Source of the DNA: Candidatus Cryptobacteroides sp. | GTDB taxonomy: Bacteria > Bacteroidota > Bacteroidia > Bacteroidales > UBA932 | Length of the DNA stretch: 64,000 nucleotides | Direction: 5' to 3' | Assembly: GCA_045616385.1 (NCBI GenBank) | Contig: JAZLGQ010000003.1 | Coordinates: 1,438-65,437 of the forward strand | In this document: positions 1 through 9,196 of the stretch, in pieces | Position numbering within the stretch: the first letter of the stretch is position 1 | How the letters are laid out: each line of letters opens with the position of its first letter | Translations under genes and position numbers: made by a program | The notes under the pieces: generated by a model | Database searches by the model: none | Told to the model about the DNA's origin: nothing | What the model saw: the letters and a program-made list of their open reading frames with translations, nothing else

Positions 1-154
1 TAAAATCCTTGTCAATCTTTCCTGCCTGGTTGATTGTCCAGAGTTTCTGCCCGAAGATGTAGATTGCGACGAATGACAGCAGCAGGAGCACTATCATAAG
101 CCAGCCGCCCTTGACGGCCATTTCGAAAAGTGAGTATGATTGCAGGATATACAT
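1..154 (-). CDS. MotA/TolQ/ExbB proton channel family protein, N-terminal part (truncated by window edge)
   Basis: Not in the ORF track. Manual translation from ATG at 154 gives MYILQSYSLFEMAVKGGWLMIVLLLLSFVAIYIFGQKLWTINQAGKIDKDF; KGGWLM plus a TM helix is typical of ExbB/TolQ. Consensus promoter lies upstream. Confidence 0.75.
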   Translation of the reverse strand, partial: MYILQSYSLFEMAVKGGWLMIVLLLLSFVAIYIFGQKLWTINQAGKIDKDF

Positions 155-179
155 TTCTATGCGCTTTTTGCCAATTTTG

Positions 180-210
180 CAAAGATACGCACAAAATTGC
201 TTTTCCCAAA
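180..210 (-). promoter_or_regulatory. Bacteroidota sigma-A promoter for the exbB-like gene
   Basis: Minus strand TTTG (210-207), N19, TATCTTTG (187-180) matches the -33/-7 consensus TTTG-N19-21-TAnnTTTG. Confidence 0.75.
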
Positions 211-217
211 GGGAAAA

Positions 218-955
218 TCAGTCCTGATACTCAATATTTGTGAGGAAAAGCGCATAGCCGGGGACCGATTCGCCGGCAGCGCATCTGTCACCCTGTCCGA
301 TAAGGTCGAGAACCGATTCCGGAGTGCGCTTCCCGCGACCCACCTCGAGCAGTGTCCCGACTATGGCGCGGACCATATTCCGGAGGAACCTGTCGGCCGC
401 TACCACGAAGTACCAGTGGTCCTCGTCCTTCTTGTGCCAGGCGGCCTCGGATATGGTGCAGATTGAGGTTTTATTGTCGCCTCCGGTCTTCTCGAAGCAG
501 GAGAAATCGTGCTGTCCGAGCAGCAGCGCCGCGGCTCGGTTCATTGATTCGAAATCGACATCCGGATAACCGTAGAAAAAAGAGAAATTATCCACGAACG
601 GGTCCTTCACCCTATGCAAAAAATATGTATATTCGCGTTTTGAGGCACTGAAGCGTGCGTGGAAGTTTTCGGACACCTCGCGGATGTCGTGGACGGCGAT
701 GGAATCGGGAAGGATGGCATTTAATTTGTAGCACATCTGACAGGTATCAAATCTCTCGGCGGCATCGAAATGTGCGATGTAGCCGACAGCGTTGACTCCG
801 GTGTCGGTCCGCCCCGCGCCCACCACGCTGATTTGTGTGCGCAAGAGAGTGGAAAGGGCTTTTTCAAGGGTGCCCTGGACAGACGGGGCGTTCGGTTGGA
901 CCTGCCACCCGCAGAAGCCGGCACCGCGATATGAAAGCTTGACAGAGTAACGCAT
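218..955 (-). CDS. truA: tRNA pseudouridine(38-40) synthase TruA
   Basis: Starts MRYSVKLSYRGAGFCGWQVQ (ATG 955); GAGRTDTGV catalytic motif, FHARFSA and FLRNMVRAIVG. The ORF-track upstream extension is antisense to moxR. TACTTTTG -7 element at 982-975. Confidence 0.95.
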   Translation of the reverse strand: MRYSVKLSYRGAGFCGWQVQPNAPSVQGTLEKALSTLLRTQISVVGAGRTDTGVNAVGYIAHFDAAERFDTCQMCYKLNAILPDSIAVHDIREVSENFHARFSASKREYTYFLHRVKDPFVDNFSFFYGYPDVDFESMNRAAALLLGQHDFSCFEKTGGDNKTSICTISEAAWHKKDEDHWYFVVAADRFLRNMVRAIVGTLLEVGRGKRTPESVLDLIGQGDRCAAGESVPGYALFLTNIEYQD

Positions 956-991
956 AGACATTGAATATCGGATACAAAAGTACCAAATAAT

Positions 992-1984
992 ATGGAAAGT
1001 GTAAACATCAAGGAACTCAACGACCGCATCCAGCAGGAAAGTGCGTTCGTGGACATTCTCCAACTTGAAATGGGCAAGGTCATCGTGGGGCAGAAGCATC
1101 TGGTCGAAAACCTTATGATCGCCCTCCTGGCCAATGGCCACATCCTTCTCGAAGGTATGCCGGGTCTTGCCAAGACCCTCGCCATCAGCACCCTGTCCAA
1201 GGCCGTTTCTGCAAAGTTCAGCCGCATCCAGTTCACTCCGGACCTCCTCCCTGCCGACGTGACCGGCACCCTCATCTACTCCCAGAAAAAGGAGCAGTTC
1301 GAGGTTCATAAGGGCCCTGTCTTTGCCAACTTCGTGCTTGCGGATGAAATCAACCGAGCCCCGGCGAAAGTGCAGTCGGCCCTCCTTGAAGCAATGCAGG
1401 AGCGTCAGGTCACCCTCGGCGACGAGACCTACAAGCTCCCGGAGCCTTTCCTCGTGATGGCTACCCAGAACCCTGTCGAGCAGGAAGGGACATACCCTCT
1501 GCCTGAGGCCCAGGTTGACCGTTTTATGCTCAAGGTTCTCGTGGACTATCCGAAGAAGGAGGAGGAGAAGCTCATCATACGTATGAACAACAGCGGAGAG
1601 TTCCCTCAGCCGAACCCTGTAGTGAAGCCGGAGGACATCGTCCGCGCCCGTCAGGTGGTCCGCGAAGTGTATATGGATGAGAAGATCGAACGCTATATCG
1701 TGGATATCGTGTACGCTACCCGCACTCCGGAGGAATATGGCCTGGCTAACCTCAAGGACCTCATCGGCTATGGAGCGTCCCCTCGTGCCAGCATCAGCCT
1801 TTCAATGGCGGCAAAGGCATACGCGTTCATCAAGCGCCGCGGCTACGTCATCCCTGAAGACGTGCGCGCCGTCTGCCCTGAAGTGCTTCGCCACCGCATC
1901 GGCCTCACCTATGAGGCGGAAGCTGAAAACGTAACCACCGAACAGATCATCGAGCAGGTAATAAATGCAGTTATCGTCCCATAG
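992..1984 (+). CDS. moxR: MoxR-family AAA+ ATPase
   Basis: Walker A GMPGLAKT, RIQFTPDLLPAD, DEINRAPAKVQSALLEAMQE and ATQNPVEQEGTYPLPEAQ. Confidence 0.95.
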   Translation: MESVNIKELNDRIQQESAFVDILQLEMGKVIVGQKHLVENLMIALLANGHILLEGMPGLAKTLAISTLSKAVSAKFSRIQFTPDLLPADVTGTLIYSQKKEQFEVHKGPVFANFVLADEINRAPAKVQSALLEAMQERQVTLGDETYKLPEPFLVMATQNPVEQEGTYPLPEAQVDRFMLKVLVDYPKKEEEKLIIRMNNSGEFPQPNPVVKPEDIVRARQVVREVYMDEKIERYIVDIVYATRTPEEYGLANLKDLIGYGASPRASISLSMAAKAYAFIKRRGYVIPEDVRAVCPEVLRHRIGLTYEAEAENVTTEQIIEQVINAVIVP

Positions 1985-2861
1985 TGCGACAGACCTCCTG
2001 AAGAAAGTCAGGAAGATCGAGATCAAGACAAAGGCGCTCTCGCATCAGATCTTTGCGGGTGAGTATCACTCTGCCTTCAAGGGCCGTGGTATGGCATTCA
2101 GCGAAGTGCGTGAGTACCAGTGGGGTGACGACGTCCGTTCAATGGATTGGAACGTTACGGCGCGTCTGCGCTCCCCGTATGTCAAGGTCTTCGAAGAAGA
2201 GCGCGAGCTCACCGTCGTACTGCTCGTGGACGTAAGCCGTTCCGGTCTTTTCGGCACCGCAGGAGGCACGAAACGCGAGCGGCTGGCGGAAATAGCCGCC
2301 GTCCTCAGTTTCAGCGCCATTCTCAACAACGACAAGGTCGGTGCGCTGTTCTTCTCCGACCACGTCGAGAAGTTCATCCCCCCGAAAAAGGGCAGGTCAC
2401 ACCTTCTCCACATAATCCGGGAGATGCTGGAACTTCAGCCGAGTTCCGACGGTACTGACATCGGCGGGGCGCTCCGCTATCTGACGAATGCGCTGAAGAA
2501 GAAATGTACAGCGTTCCTGCTGAGCGATATGATCGATGCCGACGAGGGAGGGAATCCCCGTTACGAGGATGCACTCAAGGTCGCCGTAGGCCGTCATGAC
2601 CTGTCGGTCATCAAGATCCACGACCCTCGCGAGCAGTCCATTCCTGCGGTAGGCCTGATTCATATCAAGGACAGCGAGACAGGCGAGGGCTCCTGGATCA
2701 ATACGGACAGCAGGGCGGTGCGTGATGCGTACGCCAGATGGTTCCGGGAACTTTCGGACAAGGAACGGAAGCTGTTCAACAAATACAAGGTTGACAATGT
2801 TGACATTTCCACGGACGAAGACTATGTCAAAAGTCTGATGGCACTTTTCAATAAGAGATGA
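1965..2861 (+). CDS. DUF58 domain (vWA-like) protein of the MoxR/bat operon
   Basis: KKVRKIEIKT...GEYHSAFKGRGMAFSEVREYQWGDDVRSMDWNVTAR; position after moxR. Confidence 0.92.
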   Translation: MQLSSHSATDLLKKVRKIEIKTKALSHQIFAGEYHSAFKGRGMAFSEVREYQWGDDVRSMDWNVTARLRSPYVKVFEEERELTVVLLVDVSRSGLFGTAGGTKRERLAEIAAVLSFSAILNNDKVGALFFSDHVEKFIPPKKGRSHLLHIIREMLELQPSSDGTDIGGALRYLTNALKKKCTAFLLSDMIDADEGGNPRYEDALKVAVGRHDLSVIKIHDPREQSIPAVGLIHIKDSETGEGSWINTDSRAVRDAYARWFRELSDKERKLFNKYKVDNVDISTDEDYVKSLMALFNKR

Positions 2862-3862
2862 AGTTTTTGTTTCTCATACTGACGGCGATGCTCGACATCG
2901 TGCCCGGGGGAAAGGCTTTTGTGAAGCCTCTTCAGCAGCGCGACTCCATTCTTGTCGCCGACCAGTTGGAATATGGTGTCGAGCTGGAGGAAGTCAGGCC
3001 CGGAGTGGTCCTTTCTCTGCCCGATCTGTCTCCGGCATCGAATGACACGCTCGCCGTGGTAAGGAACTGGAAGGTTGACACTCTTGCCGCTGGCAAGCCG
3101 GTCAGCGGCCGCACGCTTGAGCGCTGGCTCAAGAAGAACAAGCCGGTGGGCATCCGTGCCAGCGTCGTACTCGCACCATTCGAGGAAGGAATCTACCGTA
3201 TGCCTTCCATCCCTATGCAGCGCGTGGATGGTGACAAGACCGACACGCTTGTGTTCGAGGGGGTTGAGGTCGAGGTCAAGACGATGCCTGTGGACACGGC
3301 CACATTCGTCATCCACGACATCAAGGGGCAGATACGCTATCCTGTCACCTTCAGGGAGGTCGCTCCGTGGGCGGCGGGGGCCTGGCTGGCCATAGTCCTG
3401 GCCATCCTGCTGTTCTATGTCATACGGCAGCGCCGTGCACGCGCCGCCGGAGAGGTTGAGGCGCACAGGGATCCCGCGTACATCGTGGCGCTTCGCCGAC
3501 TTGACAAATATCGTGGCGACAAGCTGTGGGCTCCGGATAAGCAGAAGGGATTCTATTCCGGCATCACCGACACGCTCAAGACTTATATCGAAGACCGTTT
3601 CGGCGTGGATGCCCCGGAAATGACGACTGCCGAACTCTTTGCCGCTCTCAAGGATTGCAAGGACATCACCCCTGACCTTTTCAACGAGACCAGGGCTCTC
3701 TTCGAGTGTGCCGATTTCGTGAAGTTCGCAAAGCATACGGCGGATGACGAAGACAACGCCAAAGCGGTTCCGACGGCAGTGCGTTTCGTCACTTCGACAT
3801 ATCAGACAGCCCTTGATGAAGAGGCTGCCGTGGCAGGCGGAGAGGAGGCCGCTGCGAAGTAA
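2858..3862 (+). CDS. Conserved membrane protein of the bat operon (periplasmic domain, TM helix, cytoplasmic domain)
   Basis: Signal-like N-terminus, TM helix WAAGAWLAIVLAILLFYVI, and YIEDRFGVDAPEMTT / ADFVKFAK motifs typical of the gene upstream of batA. Confidence 0.8.
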   Translation: MKFLFLILTAMLDIVPGGKAFVKPLQQRDSILVADQLEYGVELEEVRPGVVLSLPDLSPASNDTLAVVRNWKVDTLAAGKPVSGRTLERWLKKNKPVGIRASVVLAPFEEGIYRMPSIPMQRVDGDKTDTLVFEGVEVEVKTMPVDTATFVIHDIKGQIRYPVTFREVAPWAAGAWLAIVLAILLFYVIRQRRARAAGEVEAHRDPAYIVALRRLDKYRGDKLWAPDKQKGFYSGITDTLKTYIEDRFGVDAPEMTTAELFAALKDCKDITPDLFNETRALFECADFVKFAKHTADDEDNAKAVPTAVRFVTSTYQTALDEEAAVAGGEEAAAK

Positions 3863-4845
3863 TGTTCTTCGAGTATCCAAGACTCCTCTGGCTTCTGCTG
3901 GTTCCCGCACTGCTGGCCGCCTTGTACGTATGGCAGGAACTGACAGGCCGCAAGCCTCATTTCAGAGTTTCAACCTCCATCCCGTGGAAGAAGACCGGCA
4001 CTTCGCCGCTGGCCTTGCTGCGTCATCTTCCCGAGGTGCTGCGCATTGCCGCGCTGGCACTGATCGTAGTCGCCGTCGCGCGCCCGAGGTCGTCAAGCGA
4101 TGTCGAGAAGATTGATTCGGAAGGTATTGACATCGTCCTCGCAATGGACGTGTCCACCAGTATGCTGGCCCGCGATTTTACTCCGGACAGAATCAGTGCC
4201 GCCAAGGACATTGCCATTGAATTTATCGCCCAGCGCCCTACCGACCGTATGGGCATAGTGGTCTTTGCCGGCGAGTCCTATACCCAGTGTCCGCTGACCA
4301 CGGACAGGGCGACCCTCATAAACCTTATGAAGGAGATAGACACAGGACTGATCGAGGACGGAACGGCGATAGGCAACGGCCTTGCCACCGCAGTCGCGCG
4401 GATCGCCGATTCAGACGCGCCGAGCCGCGTTGTCATACTCCTTACCGACGGTGTGAACAACAGGGGTGAGGTCTCGCCGCAGACCGCAGCTGAAATCGCC
4501 AGGACATACGGCGTGCGCGTCTATACTATCGGTGTAGGTGCAAACGGAATGGCTCCTTATCCTTTTATGACCCCTTGGGGGACCGAGATGCGCAATGTCC
4601 AGGTCGAGATAGACGAGGATCTCCTGAAAGGCATCTCTGAAGCTGCCGGAGGACAGTACTTCCGGGCCACCGACAACACCAAACTGGCGGAGATTTATTC
4701 TGAAATCAACAAGATGGAGAAGGCGCGGGTTTCCATAGACAGTTTCCCGGTTTACAAGGAACTGTTCGACAGGTATGCGATTGCCGCCCTCGTATGTCTT
4801 TTGCTTGAACTCATTGTCAGACTTTTAATCAGGAGGATGCCGTAA
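3862..4845 (+). CDS. batA: Aerotolerance protein BatA (vWA domain)
   Basis: N-terminal double TM, ARP motif, MIDAS DVSTS, GTAIGNGL and LLTDGVNN. Confidence 0.93.
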   Translation: MFFEYPRLLWLLLVPALLAALYVWQELTGRKPHFRVSTSIPWKKTGTSPLALLRHLPEVLRIAALALIVVAVARPRSSSDVEKIDSEGIDIVLAMDVSTSMLARDFTPDRISAAKDIAIEFIAQRPTDRMGIVVFAGESYTQCPLTTDRATLINLMKEIDTGLIEDGTAIGNGLATAVARIADSDAPSRVVILLTDGVNNRGEVSPQTAAEIARTYGVRVYTIGVGANGMAPYPFMTPWGTEMRNVQVEIDEDLLKGISEAAGGQYFRATDNTKLAEIYSEINKMEKARVSIDSFPVYKELFDRYAIAALVCLLLELIVRLLIRRMP

Positions 4846-5846
4846 TGCTTTATTTCGCAAGTGCCAGATTCTTGTGGTTGTTGCTGCTGGTCCCGGTCAT
4901 CCTGCTGGCATACGGCTTCGTACGCTATCGCCGTGCCGGGCGCATCCGTGCCATTGGCGACGAGAGACTTGTCCGTGAACTGATGCCAAGCTGGTCCGGT
5001 TCCAAGGGATGGGTGCGCATCATCCTTTTCTGCCTGGCGTTCATTTGCTTCGTGTTCGGTCTCGCAAGACCGCTTATGGGCGCAAAGCTGGCTGAACGTG
5101 AAACGAAAGGCGCCGAGATAATGATATGCCTTGACGTGTCCAATTCGATGCTTGCACAGGATTACTCGCCGGACCGTCTTTCCCGTGCGAAACTGGCCAT
5201 CTCGCGTCTTACCGACAAACTTGAAGGTGACCGCATCGGTCTGGTCATCTTCGCCGGAACTTCGTTCGTGCAGCTGCCGATCACGGCGGATTACGTGTCT
5301 GCAAAGATGTTCCTGAACAACATCAGCACGGAGTCGGTCCCGGTTCAGGGGACGGCGATCGGCGATGCCATCAAGACTGCCGCAAAGAGCTTCAGCGCGC
5401 AGAGCGAGAAGAGCCGTGCGATAATAGTCATCACCGATGGTGAAAACCACGAAGACGATGCCGTCGATGCTGCCAGAGTGGTGGCTGAGACCGGTGTGAA
5501 AGTCTTCACCATAGGCGTCGGCTCCCTTCGCGGGCAGCCTATCCCTTATAATGGGGAACTTATGAAAGACAAGGACGGCAACATCGTAGTCACCCGCCTT
5601 GACGAGGCGACTCTCCAGAAAATCGCCGCTGAAGGAAACGGTGCGTACATCCACGCCGGGAACGAGGAGTTCGGCCTCAATCCCATCATTGACGAGATAC
5701 GCAAGCTTGAAGACGAGAGGTTCAATTCAGTGGTCTTCGAGGTCTATGACGAACAGTATATGTACTTCTTTGCAGCCGCGCTGATTTTGTTTGTCATTGA
5801 AATGCTTATCGGTGAACGCCGTCCGAAAAAGAGAATGTTCGAATGA
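4845..5846 (+). CDS. batB: Aerotolerance protein BatB (vWA domain)
   Basis: LARP, DVSNSM MIDAS, QLPITADY and ITDGENHE; follows batA with a TAATG overlap. Confidence 0.93.
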   Translation: MLYFASARFLWLLLLVPVILLAYGFVRYRRAGRIRAIGDERLVRELMPSWSGSKGWVRIILFCLAFICFVFGLARPLMGAKLAERETKGAEIMICLDVSNSMLAQDYSPDRLSRAKLAISRLTDKLEGDRIGLVIFAGTSFVQLPITADYVSAKMFLNNISTESVPVQGTAIGDAIKTAAKSFSAQSEKSRAIIVITDGENHEDDAVDAARVVAETGVKVFTIGVGSLRGQPIPYNGELMKDKDGNIVVTRLDEATLQKIAAEGNGAYIHAGNEEFGLNPIIDEIRKLEDERFNSVVFEVYDEQYMYFFAAALILFVIEMLIGERRPKKRMFE

Positions 5847-6535
5847 AAAGGTTTTTGACAGCCATAGTGTTTTTGGGCCTCGCATCGACCTGCTTCGCGC
5901 AGGTTGACAGGCACGACGTGCGTGCCGGCAACCGCAAGTTCAAGCGCGACAAGTTCAAGGAGGCGGAAATTGATTACCGCAAGGCAGCGGTCAGGGATTC
6001 ACTGTCGGTTGCGGCGGAGTACAACCTTGCGTCCGCCCTGTATCGTCAGGAGGATTATGAAAATGCCGGCAAGGCTCTTGAAACCGTCAAGGATGTAGCG
6101 CCGGGCAGCGCAGTTGCGGCCGATTATCATTACAATCTGGGCGACGTGGCTCTTCAGAAGAAGGACTACAAATCTGCCGTTGATGCTTTCAGGTCGGCGC
6201 TTCTACTGACACCTGATGACCTTGATGCCAAGGAGAATTACATCTATGCCAAGAAGATGCTGGAAAATCAGCAGGATGGCGGCGGTGGCGACGACAACCG
6301 GCAGGATCAGCAGCAGCAACAGCAGCAGGACCAGGATCAGGATCAGAATCAAGACCAGAATCAAGATCAGGATCAGGGTCAGCAGCAACAGCAGAACCAG
6401 GACCAGCAGATATCTCCCCAGCAGGCCCAGCAGATGCTGAAAGCCATTCAGGCCAAGGAGAAGGAAACTCAGGACAAGGTCAATCGCGAGAAGGCAGCCG
6501 CCCTTGAATCAAGGCAAAAAGAAAAGAATTGGTAA
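5843..6535 (+). CDS. batC: BatC TPR protein with Q/D-rich linker
   Basis: Signal peptide, TPR motifs (YNLASALY, YNLGDVAL), Q-rich linker, C-terminal EKNW. Confidence 0.9.
   Translation: MKRFLTAIVFLGLASTCFAQVDRHDVRAGNRKFKRDKFKEAEIDYRKAAVRDSLSVAAEYNLASALYRQEDYENAGKALETVKDVAPGSAVAADYHYNLGDVALQKKDYKSAVDAFRSALLLTPDDLDAKENYIYAKKMLENQQDGGGGDDNRQDQQQQQQQDQDQDQNQDQNQDQDQGQQQQQNQDQQISPQQAQQMLKAIQAKEKETQDKVNREKAAALESRQKEKNW
6302..6409 (+). repeat. Low-complexity coding repeat (CAG)n and degenerate CAGGAT/CAGAAT hexamers encoding poly-Q and QD/QN
   Basis: caggatcagcagcagcaacagcagcaggaccaggatcaggatcagaatcaagaccagaatcaagatcaggatcag... inside batC. Confidence 0.85.
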
Positions 6536-9138
6536 TGAAGAGATTACTGACAATAATTCTGCTGTCTCTGACAGCGCTCGCCGCATTTGCGGAGTCAACC
6601 GTCAAGGTCCAGGCTCCTGATGTGGTCGATATAAACGAGCAGTTCAACGTTACTTTCGTCATCGAGGGGGAACATTCGCCGTCGGACTTTCAGTGGAATC
6701 CCGGAGAGGATTTCCAGCTTGTGTGGGGCCCTCAGAAGGGGGCATCCACTTCGGTGTCAATTGTAAACGGCAAGACGTCGAGGTCTTCGCAGACAACCTA
6801 TACCTATGTGCTGATGCCACGCAAGGCGGGTAAATTCGTGCTGCAGCCGGGCGTAGCCACGGTCAAGGGCGGGGAGGTCCGTTCGGAGAGCAAGCAGATA
6901 GAGGTGGTGGCCGACTCCTCCCGTCAGAATGGGCACGGCGCACAGCAGGGTGGAAGCCAGGGCGCTGCATCGCAGGCCGGGGAAGTCTCTTCGGAAGATA
7001 TGTTCCTCCGCCTGTCCATCAACAAGAACAAGGTGATGGTGGGCGAGACTGTCACCGCCACGCTCAAATTGTACCAGAGGGTCAACATCGCTGGTTTTGA
7101 GGATGCCAGGTTCCCGACATTCAACGGATTCTGGAGTCAGGAGGTCCAGGCCCCGACCAATATAGAGTTCCACCGCGAGACTGTAGGTGACAGGATATAC
7201 AACGCCGCTGTCCTGCGGGTGTGGAATCTTATCCCCCAGCGTGCGGGAGATATCAAGATCGATCCCGCCGAACTCGTATGCCTTATCAATGTGCGGGCGC
7301 CGAGGGCATCGACCGGAAGCATCTTTGACAGCTTCTTCCAGGATGAATATCAGACAATACGCAAGCGTGTGTCGTCTTCGGCATATACCGTCCACGTGAA
7401 CGGCCTCCCGGCCGGCGCGCCTGCATCATTCAACGGGGCGGTGGGCACCGGATACAAGATGAGTGTTGCGCTTACCCGTGACTCCCTGATGACCCACGAC
7501 GCCGCTTCGCTCAAGATTACCATCACCGGCAAGGGCAACACGGCGCTGCTTGAGGCACCGAAGGTCAACCTGCCGCCGGATTTCGAACTCTATGACGTCA
7601 AGACCGACGAAGTATCGAGCGGCAAAACCTTCGAATATCCGTTCATCCCCCGCAGTCACGGCGAATTCGACATCGAGCCGATCCGTTATTCATACTATGA
7701 CATCGCGGAAGGCAGGTATGTTTCCATTGACAGCAGGCCGCTTCACGTGAGCGTGGCCCGCAATGCCAACGCCGGGTCTGAGACCGTGGGTCAGATAGTC
7801 CAGGGGAGCAACAGGAAGGATGTTCGCGATCTGGGGAGCGATATCCGTTTCATTGAGACACGCGAGCCTTCGCTTGACAATGTCGGATCGTTCTTCGTCG
7901 GGTCGCCTTTGTTCTGGACACTCGCACTTTTGATTCTCGCGGTGGGCGCCTGCCTCTTCTTCGCCTTGCGCAAGATGGATGAGCGCCGTGCCGATGTGGC
8001 CGGCACCAAGAACCGTGCTGCCGCCAAGATGGCCCGCAAGAGGCTTTCGCAGGCAGGTGATTTCCTGCAGAAGAATCTGTACACCGCTTTCTACGAAGAA
8101 CTTCACAAGACTCTGCTCGGTTTTGTGTCGGACAAACTTACGATGGATGCGGCCGATATGAGCAAGGACAATATTTCTGTAAGGCTCATCGACAAAGGCG
8201 TCTCCGGGGGCGTGGTGTCAGATTTCATCGGCTTGCTCAATGCCTGCGAGTATGCGCGCTATTCTCCTGATTCCGGTCACGATGCAATGAATGCGCATTA
8301 CGAGACTGCCGTGTCGGTCATTTCTGCCATTGATGAGAGTATGAGACTGAAGAAGAAACCTTCTGCCACCGGCGTGGCTGCCGTGCTGGCTGTAATGCTT
8401 ATGCTGATCCCGTTCGGAGGTCGAGCTTCCGACAGCGGCTGTGCTGATTCTTTGTGGACTGCAGGCACCCGGGCATATACCGACGGTGATTTCGAAACTG
8501 CGGCGGAGTCCTGGGAAGCAGTCAGGGGCGGAGGCCTGGAGTCTCCTGAACTGTATTACAATATCGGTAACGCATATTTCAAGTCGGGTGACGTTTCCCA
8601 CGCTATCTTGAACTATGAGCGTGCATTGAAGCTCGACCCTTCGTATTCCGATGCCCGCTTCAACCTTGAGTTCGCGAACAGTCGGATTCAGGACAAGATT
8701 GAGGAAGTGCCAGAGTTCTTCCTTGAAGTCTGGGGACGTAGGCTGTGCTGGGTAATGCCGTCCGAAGCCTGGGCGGTGCTGGCACTGCTGGCACTTGCCG
8801 CAACGGTGGCGCTGGCGTTGCTCTTTGTCCGCGGACGCAGCTCGAATATGCGGAAAATCGGCTTCTTCGCGGGAATTGCTGCACTGCTCTGCACGTTGCT
8901 GTGCCTCGATTTTGCCTTCTGGCAGAGAACGGATTACCGTACGAACGACAAGGCCATCATTACGCGGGCGGTCTCTCCGGTCAAGAGCTCCCCTTCAGGC
9001 GAGTCTTCAACCGACCTGTTCATACTTCACGAAGGTACCAAGGTAACCATACTCGACGAGGTGGGCGACTGGCGCAACATAGAGCTCGCCGACGGTCGCC
9101 AGGGCTGGGTGAAGTCCTCCGATTTTGAACTGATATGA
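6535..9138 (+). CDS. batD: BatD-BatE fusion protein (BatD domains, TM, TPR, C-terminal SH3b-like domain)
   Basis: ATG at 6535 overlaps the batC stop. BatD-like to ~aa 600, then BatE-like TPR (YYNIGNAYFK, ILNYERALKL) and C-terminal LFILHEGTKV...GWV, with no stop between. Confidence 0.88.
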   Translation: MKRLLTIILLSLTALAAFAESTVKVQAPDVVDINEQFNVTFVIEGEHSPSDFQWNPGEDFQLVWGPQKGASTSVSIVNGKTSRSSQTTYTYVLMPRKAGKFVLQPGVATVKGGEVRSESKQIEVVADSSRQNGHGAQQGGSQGAASQAGEVSSEDMFLRLSINKNKVMVGETVTATLKLYQRVNIAGFEDARFPTFNGFWSQEVQAPTNIEFHRETVGDRIYNAAVLRVWNLIPQRAGDIKIDPAELVCLINVRAPRASTGSIFDSFFQDEYQTIRKRVSSSAYTVHVNGLPAGAPASFNGAVGTGYKMSVALTRDSLMTHDAASLKITITGKGNTALLEAPKVNLPPDFELYDVKTDEVSSGKTFEYPFIPRSHGEFDIEPIRYSYYDIAEGRYVSIDSRPLHVSVARNANAGSETVGQIVQGSNRKDVRDLGSDIRFIETREPSLDNVGSFFVGSPLFWTLALLILAVGACLFFALRKMDERRADVAGTKNRAAAKMARKRLSQAGDFLQKNLYTAFYEELHKTLLGFVSDKLTMDAADMSKDNISVRLIDKGVSGGVVSDFIGLLNACEYARYSPDSGHDAMNAHYETAVSVISAIDESMRLKKKPSATGVAAVLAVMLMLIPFGGRASDSGCADSLWTAGTRAYTDGDFETAAESWEAVRGGGLESPELYYNIGNAYFKSGDVSHAILNYERALKLDPSYSDARFNLEFANSRIQDKIEEVPEFFLEVWGRRLCWVMPSEAWAVLALLALAATVALALLFVRGRSSNMRKIGFFAGIAALLCTLLCLDFAFWQRTDYRTNDKAIITRAVSPVKSSPSGESSTDLFILHEGTKVTILDEVGDWRNIELADGRQGWVKSSDFELI

Positions 9139-9196
9139 TGCTATAGACCCAGCATGGCTTCGCAGGCTGAAAGGATGCGTGGCATTTGTTGCGGAA

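Noticed and set aside
956-1309. ORF-track N-terminal extensions of truA (likewise miaB, nadK, GH10, pdxJ, gltX)
   Set aside because: They overlap neighbouring genes, a tRNA or promoter spacers; family homology and promoter positions point to downstream ATGs.
6302-6409. Repeat tract considered as a CRISPR array
   Set aside because: Units are 3-6 bp and in frame within batC; there are no spacers or cas genes.
9139-9196. GCTTCGC motif in the batE/truB convergent spacer as a second element copy
   Set aside because: Only a 7-mer match, with none of the terminal repeats.
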